Shown here one piece after another: positions 1-9,972 of a stretch of 64,000 bases of DNA. Location: positions 1,612 to 65,611 of the forward strand of contig JAHEIX010000012.1 of NCBI GenBank assembly GCA_024639165.1. Direction: 5' to 3'. The stretch comes from Flavobacteriaceae bacterium (GTDB lineage Bacteria > Bacteroidota > Bacteroidia > Flavobacteriales > Flavobacteriaceae). A model generated the notes under the pieces. The model did no database searches and was not told the origin of the DNA. It worked only from the letters and a program-made list of their open reading frames with translations. A program made the translations under genes and the position numbers. Positions within the stretch are counted from its first letter, which is position 1, and every line of letters starts with the position of its first letter.

Positions 1-2106
1 CTTACCTATAACGTAATTGGCACTTATTTTAGTCAAGATGGCTCGTTGTATAATTCCGATTACGAAAAATATTCATTGCGTTCCAACACCTACTTTAAAA
101 AGAACAAGTTTAGTGCTCAAGCAAACCTCAGCGTAAACGTGAGTGATCAAAACAAGGAGCCCTATGCATTGATTTACGATGCCATACGACTTCAGCCATA
201 CCGAAGACCTCTTGATGCAAACAGCGATAGCTTTACAATCGGAGGAACAAGCCCTGAAAATATTTCAAACTTCGCAGGTAAACTCAAACAAGAGAACGAA
301 ACCAAAATAAACTCGTTTAACGGAAATGTTCGTTTAAATTATGAACTGATCGATGGGTTAAAATTAGGTGCAAATCTTGGAAAATCACATTACAGCAAAA
401 AAGATCGGTTTTTTAATCCTAGCTTTTTAATTTTCAACGAAGAAGGCGTAGAAAACCCCACGGCAAGTAACTACAATGCCCAGCTCAGACTTGGAGATGG
501 TACCAACAACAGAAGTATTGCTGAATTTACTTTAAATTACAACAAGAGTTTTAAAAAGCACCATGTCAAGGTACTTATTGGGAATACATACGAAAAGTCC
601 TCTTATGAATTCTATCGCACAGGAGCGGATAATATCTCCAATAACATCACGCCAGTTCTAGGTAATGGGGAACCGATAGTAGCCACACACTTTATCAACA
701 AGACCAATAGTATTTCATATTTAGCTAGGGTTAATTACAACTATAATTGGAAGTATATGCTAACAGCTGTAGTGCGTCGCGATGGGTCTAGTAATTTCGG
801 AACTACAGAGCGTTACGGAGTATTTCCATCCATTTCTGGTGCGTGGACCATATCAAACGAGTCGTTTTTTAGCGGTTTGAAAGACAAAATATCCATGGCT
901 AAAATTCGTATTGGATACGGTACGACGGGTAGTGATAGAATACCTCCATACGCATTTAGCCCTGTCGTTATTTCTAACGTAGATTATCCTTTGGGTGGTG
1001 GGAGCAATTTGGCATCGGGCATGACTCAGCCAGGATATGCAGACCCTAACCTCAAGTGGGAATCCAATATCAGTAAGAATTTTGGTATTGACCTTGACTT
1101 TCAGCGCGGAAAAGCGGGCTTAGTAATCGATATATACGAGCAAGACAAAAAAGACATGTTACTCGCTATCGTTCCTCCTATTTCTGCTGGTTCTACTCCA
1201 GTTAGTGGACAAACCTATGATCGATTCCTTACCAATATTGGAAATCTACAGAACAAGGGAATCGAGATAGCAGGGCACTTGAATCAAGACTTTGGTGATG
1301 TTCAAGTAAAGTTTGGTGCCACATTTACCAAAAATGAAAATACAGTTATTAGTCTTTCAAGAGAGGGCGAGTTTATTTTCGATGGCTATCCAAATATAGT
1401 TCGTACAGGCCAAACAGAGCCTGTAGCTGTGCTAGAGGCAGGATTGCCTGTTGGTGCATTCAAAGTTTATGAGACTGCAGGCACGATCAAAACAGATGCA
1501 GAGCTAAGCGCATATCAGCAGTTGGTGCCAACAGCACAAAAAGGAGATTTACGTTATGTAGATGCCGATGGTGATGGTTCGCTTACGGCAAATGACAAGG
1601 TCTACAAAGGGTCTTACCAGCCAGACTTTGAATACGGCTTTACCATTGATATGGATTATAAAGCATTTGATCTTTCGGTCCAGCTTTATGGAGTTGAAGG
1701 AAGTACTATTTACAATGGGGCGAAGCAATTTGCCTATAGTATGAAACGCCACAGAGACTTGGTATACAGTTGGACAGACCTAAATCCAACGTCCAATATT
1801 CCTACACCTCGTTCGAATATTGAACACCCCAATGTTCAAACATCTACCGACTTATTTTTAGAAGACGGTTCATTCTTGCGTGTGCGAAATATTATTCTTG
1901 GTTATTCACTCCAAGAGGATATCCTTAAAAAAATAGGGGTTGACAAACTGCGTATTTACGTAAGTGCACAAAATCCAATCACATTTACCAATTATACTGG
2001 TTTTGATCCTGAAGTTGGGAGCAATAACCCTTTCACTGGTGGATTGGATCGAGGAAACTATCCCGTTTCCGCTACATACCTAACTGGACTATCCATCTCA
2101 TTCTAA
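1..2106 (+). CDS. susC: SusC/RagA-family TonB-dependent outer-membrane transporter, C-terminal barrel part (5' end is upstream of the window)
   Basis: Frame 1 is open from base 1, and the track 'M' at 46 is an internal TTG. The sequence is long and beta-barrel-like, and ends in the OMP-type terminal ...LTGLSISF. A SusD-like gene follows 18 nt downstream. Confidence 0.9.
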   Translation, partial: LTYNVIGTYFSQDGSLYNSDYEKYSLRSNTYFKKNKFSAQANLSVNVSDQNKEPYALIYDAIRLQPYRRPLDANSDSFTIGGTSPENISNFAGKLKQENETKINSFNGNVRLNYELIDGLKLGANLGKSHYSKKDRFFNPSFLIFNEEGVENPTASNYNAQLRLGDGTNNRSIAEFTLNYNKSFKKHHVKVLIGNTYEKSSYEFYRTGADNISNNITPVLGNGEPIVATHFINKTNSISYLARVNYNYNWKYMLTAVVRRDGSSNFGTTERYGVFPSISGAWTISNESFFSGLKDKISMAKIRIGYGTTGSDRIPPYAFSPVVISNVDYPLGGGSNLASGMTQPGYADPNLKWESNISKNFGIDLDFQRGKAGLVIDIYEQDKKDMLLAIVPPISAGSTPVSGQTYDRFLTNIGNLQNKGIEIAGHLNQDFGDVQVKFGATFTKNENTVISLSREGEFIFDGYPNIVRTGQTEPVAVLEAGLPVGAFKVYETAGTIKTDAELSAYQQLVPTAQKGDLRYVDADGDGSLTANDKVYKGSYQPDFEYGFTIDMDYKAFDLSVQLYGVEGSTIYNGAKQFAYSMKRHRDLVYSWTDLNPTSNIPTPRSNIEHPNVQTSTDLFLEDGSFLRVRNIILGYSLQEDILKKIGVDKLRIYVSAQNPITFTNYTGFDPEVGSNNPFTGGLDRGNYPVSATYLTGLSISF

Positions 2107-2124
2107 CGATATAAACAACTACAA

Positions 2125-3774
2125 ATGAAATTATTTAATACATACACTTTATTGATTGTTGGAATCCTTTTCTTTTCGAGTTGTGAGGAGGATTATTTAA
2201 ACATTGAAAACCCAAACGACCTAAGTGCAGCTTCGTTTTGGTCAACTGAAGGCGAGATTCAACAAGGTCTCGTTGCTACTTATGGAGCCTTACAGTTACA
2301 AGGCATGTTAGGCGGTTCGTCCTCTATTCAACACCCTGTTCGCTCGGATGTTGGTCGACCCAATAATTGGAACGCTAATGCGATTGGACTCAACACTCTT
2401 ACGTACAACGAAAACACACAAATTGTAAGTCATCGTTGGCGTGATGCCTATATTGGTATTTACAGAGCCAATCAGGTGCTTGCCAATATGGACAATGTGA
2501 CCATGAGTTCGGCTGTTCGTACACAAATTGAAGCAGAGGCAAGGTTTTTACGCGCATTCTTTTATAACTCTCTCTATAGAGGATATAATGGAGGTAGCGT
2601 AATTATCCACACTTCTGTTCCAGAGATGAGAGACGATTTTTATAAAAAACCATCTCCTGCTTCCGAGGTATATGCCCTTATTTTACAGGATTTGGAATTT
2701 GCATATCAAAACTTACCGCAAGCCTATGACCATAGCGCTGATTTAGGTAGAGCAACTTGGGGAGCGGCAACCGCTATGTTAGGTAAGTTGCATCTAAACG
2801 AGCATAATTATGCAGGTGCAAAAGAATATTTCAAAGATATTTTGGATGCTAATTTGTATACACTGACAGCAGATATCGGCGATAACTTTGACGAGGAACA
2901 CGAATTCAATAGCGAGTCCATTTTTGAGGTAGCTTTCTCTATTGACGCTAAACCAGGAACTTCATTTGGTGCTCAAGATGGACCTACGGGTTCTGAAGCA
3001 ACAAACCGTGCTATAGGGTTAGCGACTACTCAAGGCGGAGGTTATCGCACTGTTATGCCATCTTACTACATGACCATGCTATTTAAAAATGACGTCATGG
3101 ATATGACAAATCCGATTAATGCCTCACGTACGGGTACGGCTCCATACTCGATTCGGACTTCGGTTTCAGTAGCCATAGCTGATGACGATAATACAACCTT
3201 ATACCAACGTTCTTCGGATACTGGAGGCGCATACAACAACAGTGAAGGGTCATATTTAAAGAAATTTCAAAACTGGCATTTACTTCGCGAGAGCGACCAA
3301 AGTGTTTCTGGAATTAATGAACGTGTGATTCGTTTGGCTGATGTTATGTTGCTTTACGCCGAATGTGTATTGCAAACAGGCGGTGACTACAACGAAGCAT
3401 TGGATATAGTCAATGAGATTCGTACACGTGCCGGCGTAGTTCCCTTGGCAGAAGCTGATTACGATGCCGATTCCCTAATGGAACATATTATGTGGATAGA
3501 AAGACCTCTTGAACTTATGTTTGAAGGCCATGACAGTCGTTGGGAAGATCTTACCCGTTGGGGAAAGATTAAAGAACAATACGAGCGTTTGGCAGCAAAA
3601 TCTTATGTCATAAGCGGAAAGGTACTTTTCGAACATGACCCAGCAGTACACGGCACACTGAAAGTGGTAAAAGAGTTTGTTGAAGCTGCTAAAGTATACA
3701 GTCCGGAAGTACATGATTACTTCCCAATTCCAGCATCGGAACTGAACTCAAATCCAGACTTTTTAGACGACTAA
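2125..3774 (+). CDS. susD: SusD/RagB-family glycan-binding outer-membrane lipoprotein
   Basis: It has a lipoprotein signal peptide (MKLFNTYTLLIVGILFFSSC). Size (549 aa) and helical TPR-like motifs (RAFFYNSLY, LLYAECVL, ERPLELMFEGHDSRWEDLTRWG) fit SusD, as does its position directly after SusC. Confidence 0.9.
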   Translation: MKLFNTYTLLIVGILFFSSCEEDYLNIENPNDLSAASFWSTEGEIQQGLVATYGALQLQGMLGGSSSIQHPVRSDVGRPNNWNANAIGLNTLTYNENTQIVSHRWRDAYIGIYRANQVLANMDNVTMSSAVRTQIEAEARFLRAFFYNSLYRGYNGGSVIIHTSVPEMRDDFYKKPSPASEVYALILQDLEFAYQNLPQAYDHSADLGRATWGAATAMLGKLHLNEHNYAGAKEYFKDILDANLYTLTADIGDNFDEEHEFNSESIFEVAFSIDAKPGTSFGAQDGPTGSEATNRAIGLATTQGGGYRTVMPSYYMTMLFKNDVMDMTNPINASRTGTAPYSIRTSVSVAIADDDNTTLYQRSSDTGGAYNNSEGSYLKKFQNWHLLRESDQSVSGINERVIRLADVMLLYAECVLQTGGDYNEALDIVNEIRTRAGVVPLAEADYDADSLMEHIMWIERPLELMFEGHDSRWEDLTRWGKIKEQYERLAAKSYVISGKVLFEHDPAVHGTLKVVKEFVEAAKVYSPEVHDYFPIPASELNSNPDFLDD

Positions 3775-3775
3775 C

Positions 3776-5359
3776 ATGAAAAAAATAAACGAGTTTAAAC
3801 CAAACCAAGTGATGAAAAAATTTATCAACAATACAGTAATTTTCTTTCTAGCTACGGTCCTAATACTTTCGTGTGAAAAGGACTATGATACACCCGAAGC
3901 CAATCAATTTTCGGACGCTGTTGCAGTAGCGTCTGGGAACAAAAGAATTGAGCGTGGGAATATAACTTCCTTTGCCGATTTGTCTAAAGGAGTTACCAGC
4001 CGAACGTGGACAATACCCGCATCGGCAACGATAACAAATATGGACGACCAAACGCCAGATTTTATTACTTCAGGAAGCGTAAAATCGTACTCAGGAACAG
4101 ATTTAGATTTAATTCATGTTCGTTTTGATCAACCTGGAAATCATAAAGTTAATCTAAAAGCTGACTTTCAAGTTGATTCCATACAGCTAGATACGACCTT
4201 TAACGTGACTATTTTGGATCACATCCAAACAAAACTCGAGATCTTGTCTATAGATTCGGGCTTTACTGAAATCAAGCCTGATCAAATAACGATGTACGAG
4301 GGTGGTACAATCAATTTTAAAGACGCATCCTTAGGTACGCCAAACAGAAGAAAATGGACGCTGCCCGGCGGTGAGCCATCTTCAGCAGGCGGAATCAGTG
4401 TTGACGAAGACGAACTTGTTAAGAACATTAGTGTCTCCTACCCAACAATAGGTGTCTATGACTTAACGCTAGTCACTTGGCGTCAATATCCAACAGGTGT
4501 AATGGATACCTTGCATTTAAAAGAGTACATCAACGTTGTTGAGAATATAGATCCGCCGTCTATAAAGAGTGTTACTGAAAATGAATCAGGTGTTATCCAT
4601 GTTGCTTATGATTTACCATTAAAGTTAACCAGCGACATAGTACCTAACTTGACGTTAACTGTTGATGGAACTACTGCGGCAATTTCTAGTGCAACAATAA
4701 ACGCAGACGACAACCGTATTGTTGACATCACCCCAGCAGTTAATATCCTAAACAATCAAAACGCCACTTTATCTTATGATGGTAATGGAGGCCTGATGCG
4801 GATAAATGATATTATGGCACCAGCATTTACAGATCAAATCATAAATCTATTTTCGCCACCAAACTTGGCTGGCGATGAAGTATTTGGATTTGAAGACGGA
4901 GGAGCCGGTTGGTCTCCACCATGGGTATGGGACAGTAAAGGAACAACTTCCTTTCCAGACGATTTTGCAGCGTCGGGGACCTACAGCATGCGTATGGAGG
5001 TAGATTCTGATAAAAAAGTCCGTGCATATAGTAGAAAAAATCCCAATAAAGGAAAGTTGACTGGGAATTTTGATCTGGTGGCTGGAAAAACGGTAACTAT
5101 TGAATACAAAGTTTGGATCGATCCATCTTTTACTTCACCTGGGCTTCAGGTTGAACTCTTTCGCGGTACTAAGTGGGGAGCTTCTGTTGGGTTTTACGCT
5201 GATGTATCAAGCTTACCAAGAAGCGAATGGGTAACCATTAGTTTCCAAGGAGTTAAGAGCTGGGCCGTTACGGACACAGAAGACTATTGGATGTCTATTC
5301 GATACGGTAAAAAAGGAATTATTTATATAGATGATATAAAGGTATACGAACCCCAATAG
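3776..5359 (+). CDS. Surface lipoprotein in the SusE/F position, with two PKD-like domains, an Ig-like segment and a C-terminal CBM-like beta-sandwich
   Basis: The likely true start is the second Met at 3812, giving the lipoprotein signal MKKFINNTVIFFLATVLILSC. PKD-type motifs are present (FADLSKGVTSRTWTIP; INFKDASLGTPNRRKWTLPGGEP...GVYDLTLVT). The C-terminal roughly 170 aa starts with GFEDGGAGWSPPW, which resembles CBM4/9/22-type modules. Confidence 0.6.
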   Translation: MKKINEFKPNQVMKKFINNTVIFFLATVLILSCEKDYDTPEANQFSDAVAVASGNKRIERGNITSFADLSKGVTSRTWTIPASATITNMDDQTPDFITSGSVKSYSGTDLDLIHVRFDQPGNHKVNLKADFQVDSIQLDTTFNVTILDHIQTKLEILSIDSGFTEIKPDQITMYEGGTINFKDASLGTPNRRKWTLPGGEPSSAGGISVDEDELVKNISVSYPTIGVYDLTLVTWRQYPTGVMDTLHLKEYINVVENIDPPSIKSVTENESGVIHVAYDLPLKLTSDIVPNLTLTVDGTTAAISSATINADDNRIVDITPAVNILNNQNATLSYDGNGGLMRINDIMAPAFTDQIINLFSPPNLAGDEVFGFEDGGAGWSPPWVWDSKGTTSFPDDFAASGTYSMRMEVDSDKKVRAYSRKNPNKGKLTGNFDLVAGKTVTIEYKVWIDPSFTSPGLQVELFRGTKWGASVGFYADVSSLPRSEWVTISFQGVKSWAVTDTEDYWMSIRYGKKGIIYIDDIKVYEPQ

Positions 5360-5388
5360 GTAACTTCTTTTAAAAAAACATCACAAAA

Positions 5389-7209
5389 ATGCATAAATAC
5401 AGAGAAATATCGATTAAGTACTTCTCTGTATTTATGTGCTTTTTAACGTGTTCTTTAAATGCACAAAATAACGTTAAGGTTGATGCAACAACACAACGCT
5501 TTATAGGAACCGTATCAGAATTAGATCGCTCCAAGTTTTTCGTCATTCACTCTGCACCATTTGCTAGTAATCCTATCCATTTATCCTTTTATGAGGAATA
5601 TAATGTTACAGCTTCAGGAAGGTCTTTTTATGGCCCAGGTATTGATGCCAAAAAGCAAAAAGGACAAGTTGGTGTTTATCCAAAGGCAAAAGTAAAAAAA
5701 GCCAAAAAAATTAAGACATTAAGACGTTTTGTTGCAACAGAGCATCCACGAAACTTGTATAAGGAAGGCATTGATATAGAAGCGCTTTCAGAGTGGGCGG
5801 TTCAGTATTTTAAGAACATGGATGACGACAAACGTCCATTGTGGTATGAGCCTATGAACGAGCCTTTTGTGCACGCGAAAGATTTTTATGACGAAAAAGA
5901 CTGGGACCCTGTTGCCGAAGTTCGTGTCAAAACTGAAATGTCTAAGATGTACCGTGCCATTGCAGCCAAAATTCATGCTGAGCCTAGCTTGAAAAACATG
6001 AAAGTAATGGGCTACGGAGCCGCTTGGCCGTCTTTTGAACTAAAGGATTTTAACAACTGGAAAACGAATATGGGTCTCTTTTTGGATATCGCAGGAGACG
6101 AAATGGACGCGATATCCTATCATTTGTACGATGGGGTAAATCAGGCTGGTCAAAACAACAAGCGCCAAGGAAGTAACAACGAAGCCATCATGGACATGAT
6201 CGAAACCTACAGCATGAACCGTTGGGGTTATGTGAAGCCACATGCCATAACAGAATACGGAGGTATTGTCAAAAATGAATTTACACTTGTCAGAAACATG
6301 CAGTCTATTCGTGCACAAAATGGAATGATTTTTGGCCTGATGGATAGAGAAGATCGCTTGGAAATCTCTATTCCATTCAATACGGATGAAGCCAAGTGGC
6401 ATATTACCGAAAAGAATAAATATTTACCATATAAAGCCGTTTTATGGCGTCCAGAAAATATGGGTGTTCCAAAAAGCGAAATAACAGGTTGGGTGTACAC
6501 CAATCGAATTCATTTCTACGATTTGTGGAAAGATGTAAAAGGAAAACGCGTATCCGTTTCTACATCAAACCCAGATATACAAGTACAGGCATTTACAGAT
6601 GAGAAACAACTGTATGTTGCCTTAAATAATTTAGCTGAAGAACCACAAAAAATTGATTTCCAACTTGAGGGAGTTGAAAAAAGCATACAAAGTATCTATG
6701 TAAAATCCTTAACGGTATTTGAAGATGATTTGCCGCGTTACTACGAAACGACAGTTCCATCAATTCCAAGTGAATTTTTTCTTGATACAGCCGAAACCAT
6801 AGTATTGGCGTACACACTAAAAAAGCCAATTGATTTTTCTGGAAAAGTGATCGAAACACGCCATTATTCTAAAGAGTTCCTCGTTCCAATTGAGGCGCAT
6901 AAAAAAATGGCTTATGTTTTTGATAATGTCAACCCAAATAAGCTTGTCGCAGCGACTTTGCGTATGAGCATTGGGCGCACACATGATTTGTCAAAGCGAC
7001 CATTGATTGAAATAAACGGTACTACTATTGCAATCCCTTTTAACTGGAAAGGATACGACCAAGCGAATCGGAAAAAGTTTTTTGGGGCTATTGATATTCC
7101 GGTCCCAACTGAACTGATAAAAGAAAACAACAATGTACACATTCGTTTTCCAGACAGCGGTGGTCATCTAAGTACTTTAATTCTGGATGTTAAAATTCTA
7201 AACGAATGA
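5389..7209 (+). CDS. Clan GH-A (beta/alpha)8 retaining glycoside hydrolase; best guess is GH86-like (beta-agarase/beta-porphyranase type)
   Basis: An N-terminal signal peptide is present. The motifs are WYEPMNEP (acid/base Glu158, nt 5860-5862), SYHLYDG (strand-6 His/Tyr) and HAITEYGG (nucleophile Glu289, nt 6253-6255). About 270 aa of beta-sandwich-like sequence follows the barrel. The family guess rests on architecture and Glu-Glu spacing only. Confidence 0.6.
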   Translation: MHKYREISIKYFSVFMCFLTCSLNAQNNVKVDATTQRFIGTVSELDRSKFFVIHSAPFASNPIHLSFYEEYNVTASGRSFYGPGIDAKKQKGQVGVYPKAKVKKAKKIKTLRRFVATEHPRNLYKEGIDIEALSEWAVQYFKNMDDDKRPLWYEPMNEPFVHAKDFYDEKDWDPVAEVRVKTEMSKMYRAIAAKIHAEPSLKNMKVMGYGAAWPSFELKDFNNWKTNMGLFLDIAGDEMDAISYHLYDGVNQAGQNNKRQGSNNEAIMDMIETYSMNRWGYVKPHAITEYGGIVKNEFTLVRNMQSIRAQNGMIFGLMDREDRLEISIPFNTDEAKWHITEKNKYLPYKAVLWRPENMGVPKSEITGWVYTNRIHFYDLWKDVKGKRVSVSTSNPDIQVQAFTDEKQLYVALNNLAEEPQKIDFQLEGVEKSIQSIYVKSLTVFEDDLPRYYETTVPSIPSEFFLDTAETIVLAYTLKKPIDFSGKVIETRHYSKEFLVPIEAHKKMAYVFDNVNPNKLVAATLRMSIGRTHDLSKRPLIEINGTTIAIPFNWKGYDQANRKKFFGAIDIPVPTELIKENNNVHIRFPDSGGHLSTLILDVKILNE

Positions 7210-9962
7210 AGTATAGCCACGTAACATTAACAATCGCCATACTGTGCTGTTTCACATTCCTGGTTAATGCACAGAGTGTAGTAAATTTCACGACTGCTGA
7301 GGGATTTTCTAATGGCGCAACGCTAACTTCTCAAACAAATTGGAGTGCAAGCTCATGGATAGTGGACACGAACAATGGGGGTATGGTTACTACCTCAACT
7401 GATTGGAAGCGTGCCGCATGGCAAAAAGCATTTACGCTTAATGAAGCTGGTGATCAGATTAAACTTCGTATCGATTTAAATTTTTCCGGAATTATTAATG
7501 AAGTAAATAAGCCACTCTTTAAAGTTGGTTTTAGTGCATCTGGCGATGTGGAATTTACCAACCCATCAGCAAATACTGTTTTTTTATCCGTCATAAATGA
7601 CACTGATTATCCATCTCCCATTCTCCACCTTAGGCACAACAATAACTCAAATGCACTAACCCCAGATGCATATTTAGCGCTCTCCACCATACAGGGTGCA
7701 ACAGCATCTGACAATTTAGCTATTGAACTAACACTCATCCTTGGTCAAGACGCTACCACATCAACCATTGAGGCCAAACTAGTAAATGTAACAGACGCAA
7801 CGGAAACGCCTATTGGTATGTACACTGGAATAGATGCAACGGTATTTAGTGCTGCCCAGTCTGGTATTTACCCATTTTTTAGCACACAGCTATTAAGTGA
7901 AGGCATGTCAGCAGCGAACGCTAATTCAAACTATTCAGTTAATGTGTCCAAATTAACCACCGAAGTTTTCTCAACTGTGACTGTAAAGCCTACTGTAAAA
8001 CGATATCTTGGTGAGGTTTCGTCTTTGGATAGATCTAAATATTTCAATTTACATTCTAGAGGTGGTTCCGATATAGAGCCAGATTTATATACCGACTACA
8101 ATGTAACTTCACACGGTCGTGGCTTTTGGGGGCCTGCTGCTGTTGCTGTCCAGCAAGAAGGTCAAGTAGGTGTTTATCCAAGTTCAAGTACAGGTACCAA
8201 TGAAGTAAGAGAAGTAAGTAGATATATCGCAACCGAGCACCCATACAATATGTACAAAGAAGGCGTAGACAAAGTTGCTTTATCCGATTGGGTTGTGTCC
8301 TATTATAAAAATGCTGTTGGTGTTCATTTACGCCCTGAATTTTACGAACCCATGAACGAGCCTTTTGTCCATGCACGAGATTATTACGATGAACCCGACT
8401 GGGACGCAGTAGCAGAAGCTCGTGTTAAGTTGGAAATGGCACAAGTATTTCGTGAAATTGGCAGTAAGATTCATGCTACTCCAGAACTGGCCAACATGAA
8501 AGTGATTGGTTATGCGGCAGCCTATCCCTCTTTTGAAAAAAATGACTTTGCCCTTTGGGCGAGCAACATGAAAATGTTTATGGATGAAGCAGGTGCTGAT
8601 ATGGACGCCTTTTCTACGCACATCTATGACGGAGTCAATCAAATTGGCCAAGACACCAAACGCTCCGGAAGTAATATGGAGGCTATATTGGACCTTATAG
8701 AGTCATATAGTTATGAAAAATGGGGTACCGTTAAACCCCACGTGATTTCTGAGTTTGGTGGTATAGTGGGCAATACTTATTCCGATATTAATAATGTGCA
8801 ATCCATTCGTTCACAAAATGCGATGCTATTTGGCTTGTTTGAGCGTCAAGATATTACGGAGTTGACTATTCCTTTTACTACGGGAAAATCTACCTGGCAT
8901 ATCACCGCAGCAAATAATTACTTACCCTACAAGGCGGTACTTTATAAGCCCGTGCCCTTTGGTGTGCCATTAGATCAGGTTACCAGTTGGGAATATACAG
9001 ATCGCATTTATTTTTATGAATTATGGAAAAACGTTTCGGGTGATCGGATTGAACTTAACTCAACCAATCCAGATGTTCAGGTTCAAGGGTTTAGAAACGA
9101 TAACAAGCTGTATGTGGCCTTAAATAATTTAGAGGATGCCGATCGAACCGTTTCCTTACAACTACAAACTATTTCAGGGGCAACTATTAGCGGTGTACGG
9201 ATTAAATCACTAATCATCAATCCAAACGAGGCAGCACTATTTACAGATCAAACCACTTTAGTTTTACCAGAAAGTTATCAATTAAAAGCCAACGAGACCG
9301 TTGTTTTTGAATATACCTACAATACTGATTTTAGCTACGAAAATGCCCTTATTTCGAAGCGACATTACAGCAATGAATTTACGGTACAACCAATTACTGC
9401 CAATTCATCCATGACCTACACATTTTCTAATGTACCAACTTCATCCATTGCCTCTGCTACCTTGCGTATGAGCATTGGACGGAAACACAATCGTTCAAAA
9501 TCACCAACAGTTTTGATAAATGGACAAGCGCTTAGCGTACCTACTAATTGGAAAGGCTATGACCAAGCCAACAGAGATGACTTTTTTGGGATGATCGAGA
9601 TTGATGTTCCTGCAGCAAGTGTACAAGCATCAAATACTGTTTCGCTAACATTTCCAGATTCTGACGGACATTTGAGCTCGTTAGTATTTATAACAGAAAA
9701 CGACGACCCAACCGTACTCTCTTTAGAAAAATCAGCTTTAATCCAACGAGCTGACAAACTGCTGCTCTATCCCAACCCTGTTGATGATGTGCTGTACCTC
9801 GAAGAGAAATATCAAGGCAAAGCGATTAACTTTTTCACCCTAACGGGGAAAGAGATATTCAGCACTATATACGATGGAACAGCTGTAGATGTAACACATC
9901 TAGCCAGTGGCCTTTATTTGGTTCGATCCGAAAACCTCTATGCCAAGCTGCTTGTTGAGTAA
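7206..9962 (+). CDS. Secreted multidomain paralog: unknown N-terminal domain, clan GH-A catalytic domain, beta-sandwich region and T9SS C-terminal sorting domain
   Basis: Its start overlaps the upstream stop (ATGA at 7206-7209). Residues from about 258 align by eye at roughly 55-60% identity with the 5389 gene, including FYEPMNEP (Glu385, nt 8358-8360), STHIYDG and HVISEFGG (Glu516, nt 8751-8753). Residues about 23-255 form an extra domain shared with the 11462 gene. The C-terminus LLLYPNPVDDVLYL...LASGLYLVRS... is a T9SS CTD. Confidence 0.6.
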   Translation: MKYSHVTLTIAILCCFTFLVNAQSVVNFTTAEGFSNGATLTSQTNWSASSWIVDTNNGGMVTTSTDWKRAAWQKAFTLNEAGDQIKLRIDLNFSGIINEVNKPLFKVGFSASGDVEFTNPSANTVFLSVINDTDYPSPILHLRHNNNSNALTPDAYLALSTIQGATASDNLAIELTLILGQDATTSTIEAKLVNVTDATETPIGMYTGIDATVFSAAQSGIYPFFSTQLLSEGMSAANANSNYSVNVSKLTTEVFSTVTVKPTVKRYLGEVSSLDRSKYFNLHSRGGSDIEPDLYTDYNVTSHGRGFWGPAAVAVQQEGQVGVYPSSSTGTNEVREVSRYIATEHPYNMYKEGVDKVALSDWVVSYYKNAVGVHLRPEFYEPMNEPFVHARDYYDEPDWDAVAEARVKLEMAQVFREIGSKIHATPELANMKVIGYAAAYPSFEKNDFALWASNMKMFMDEAGADMDAFSTHIYDGVNQIGQDTKRSGSNMEAILDLIESYSYEKWGTVKPHVISEFGGIVGNTYSDINNVQSIRSQNAMLFGLFERQDITELTIPFTTGKSTWHITAANNYLPYKAVLYKPVPFGVPLDQVTSWEYTDRIYFYELWKNVSGDRIELNSTNPDVQVQGFRNDNKLYVALNNLEDADRTVSLQLQTISGATISGVRIKSLIINPNEAALFTDQTTLVLPESYQLKANETVVFEYTYNTDFSYENALISKRHYSNEFTVQPITANSSMTYTFSNVPTSSIASATLRMSIGRKHNRSKSPTVLINGQALSVPTNWKGYDQANRDDFFGMIEIDVPAASVQASNTVSLTFPDSDGHLSSLVFITENDDPTVLSLEKSALIQRADKLLLYPNPVDDVLYLEEKYQGKAINFFTLTGKEIFSTIYDGTAVDVTHLASGLYLVRSENLYAKLLVE

Positions 9963-9972
9963 AAGATAAATC

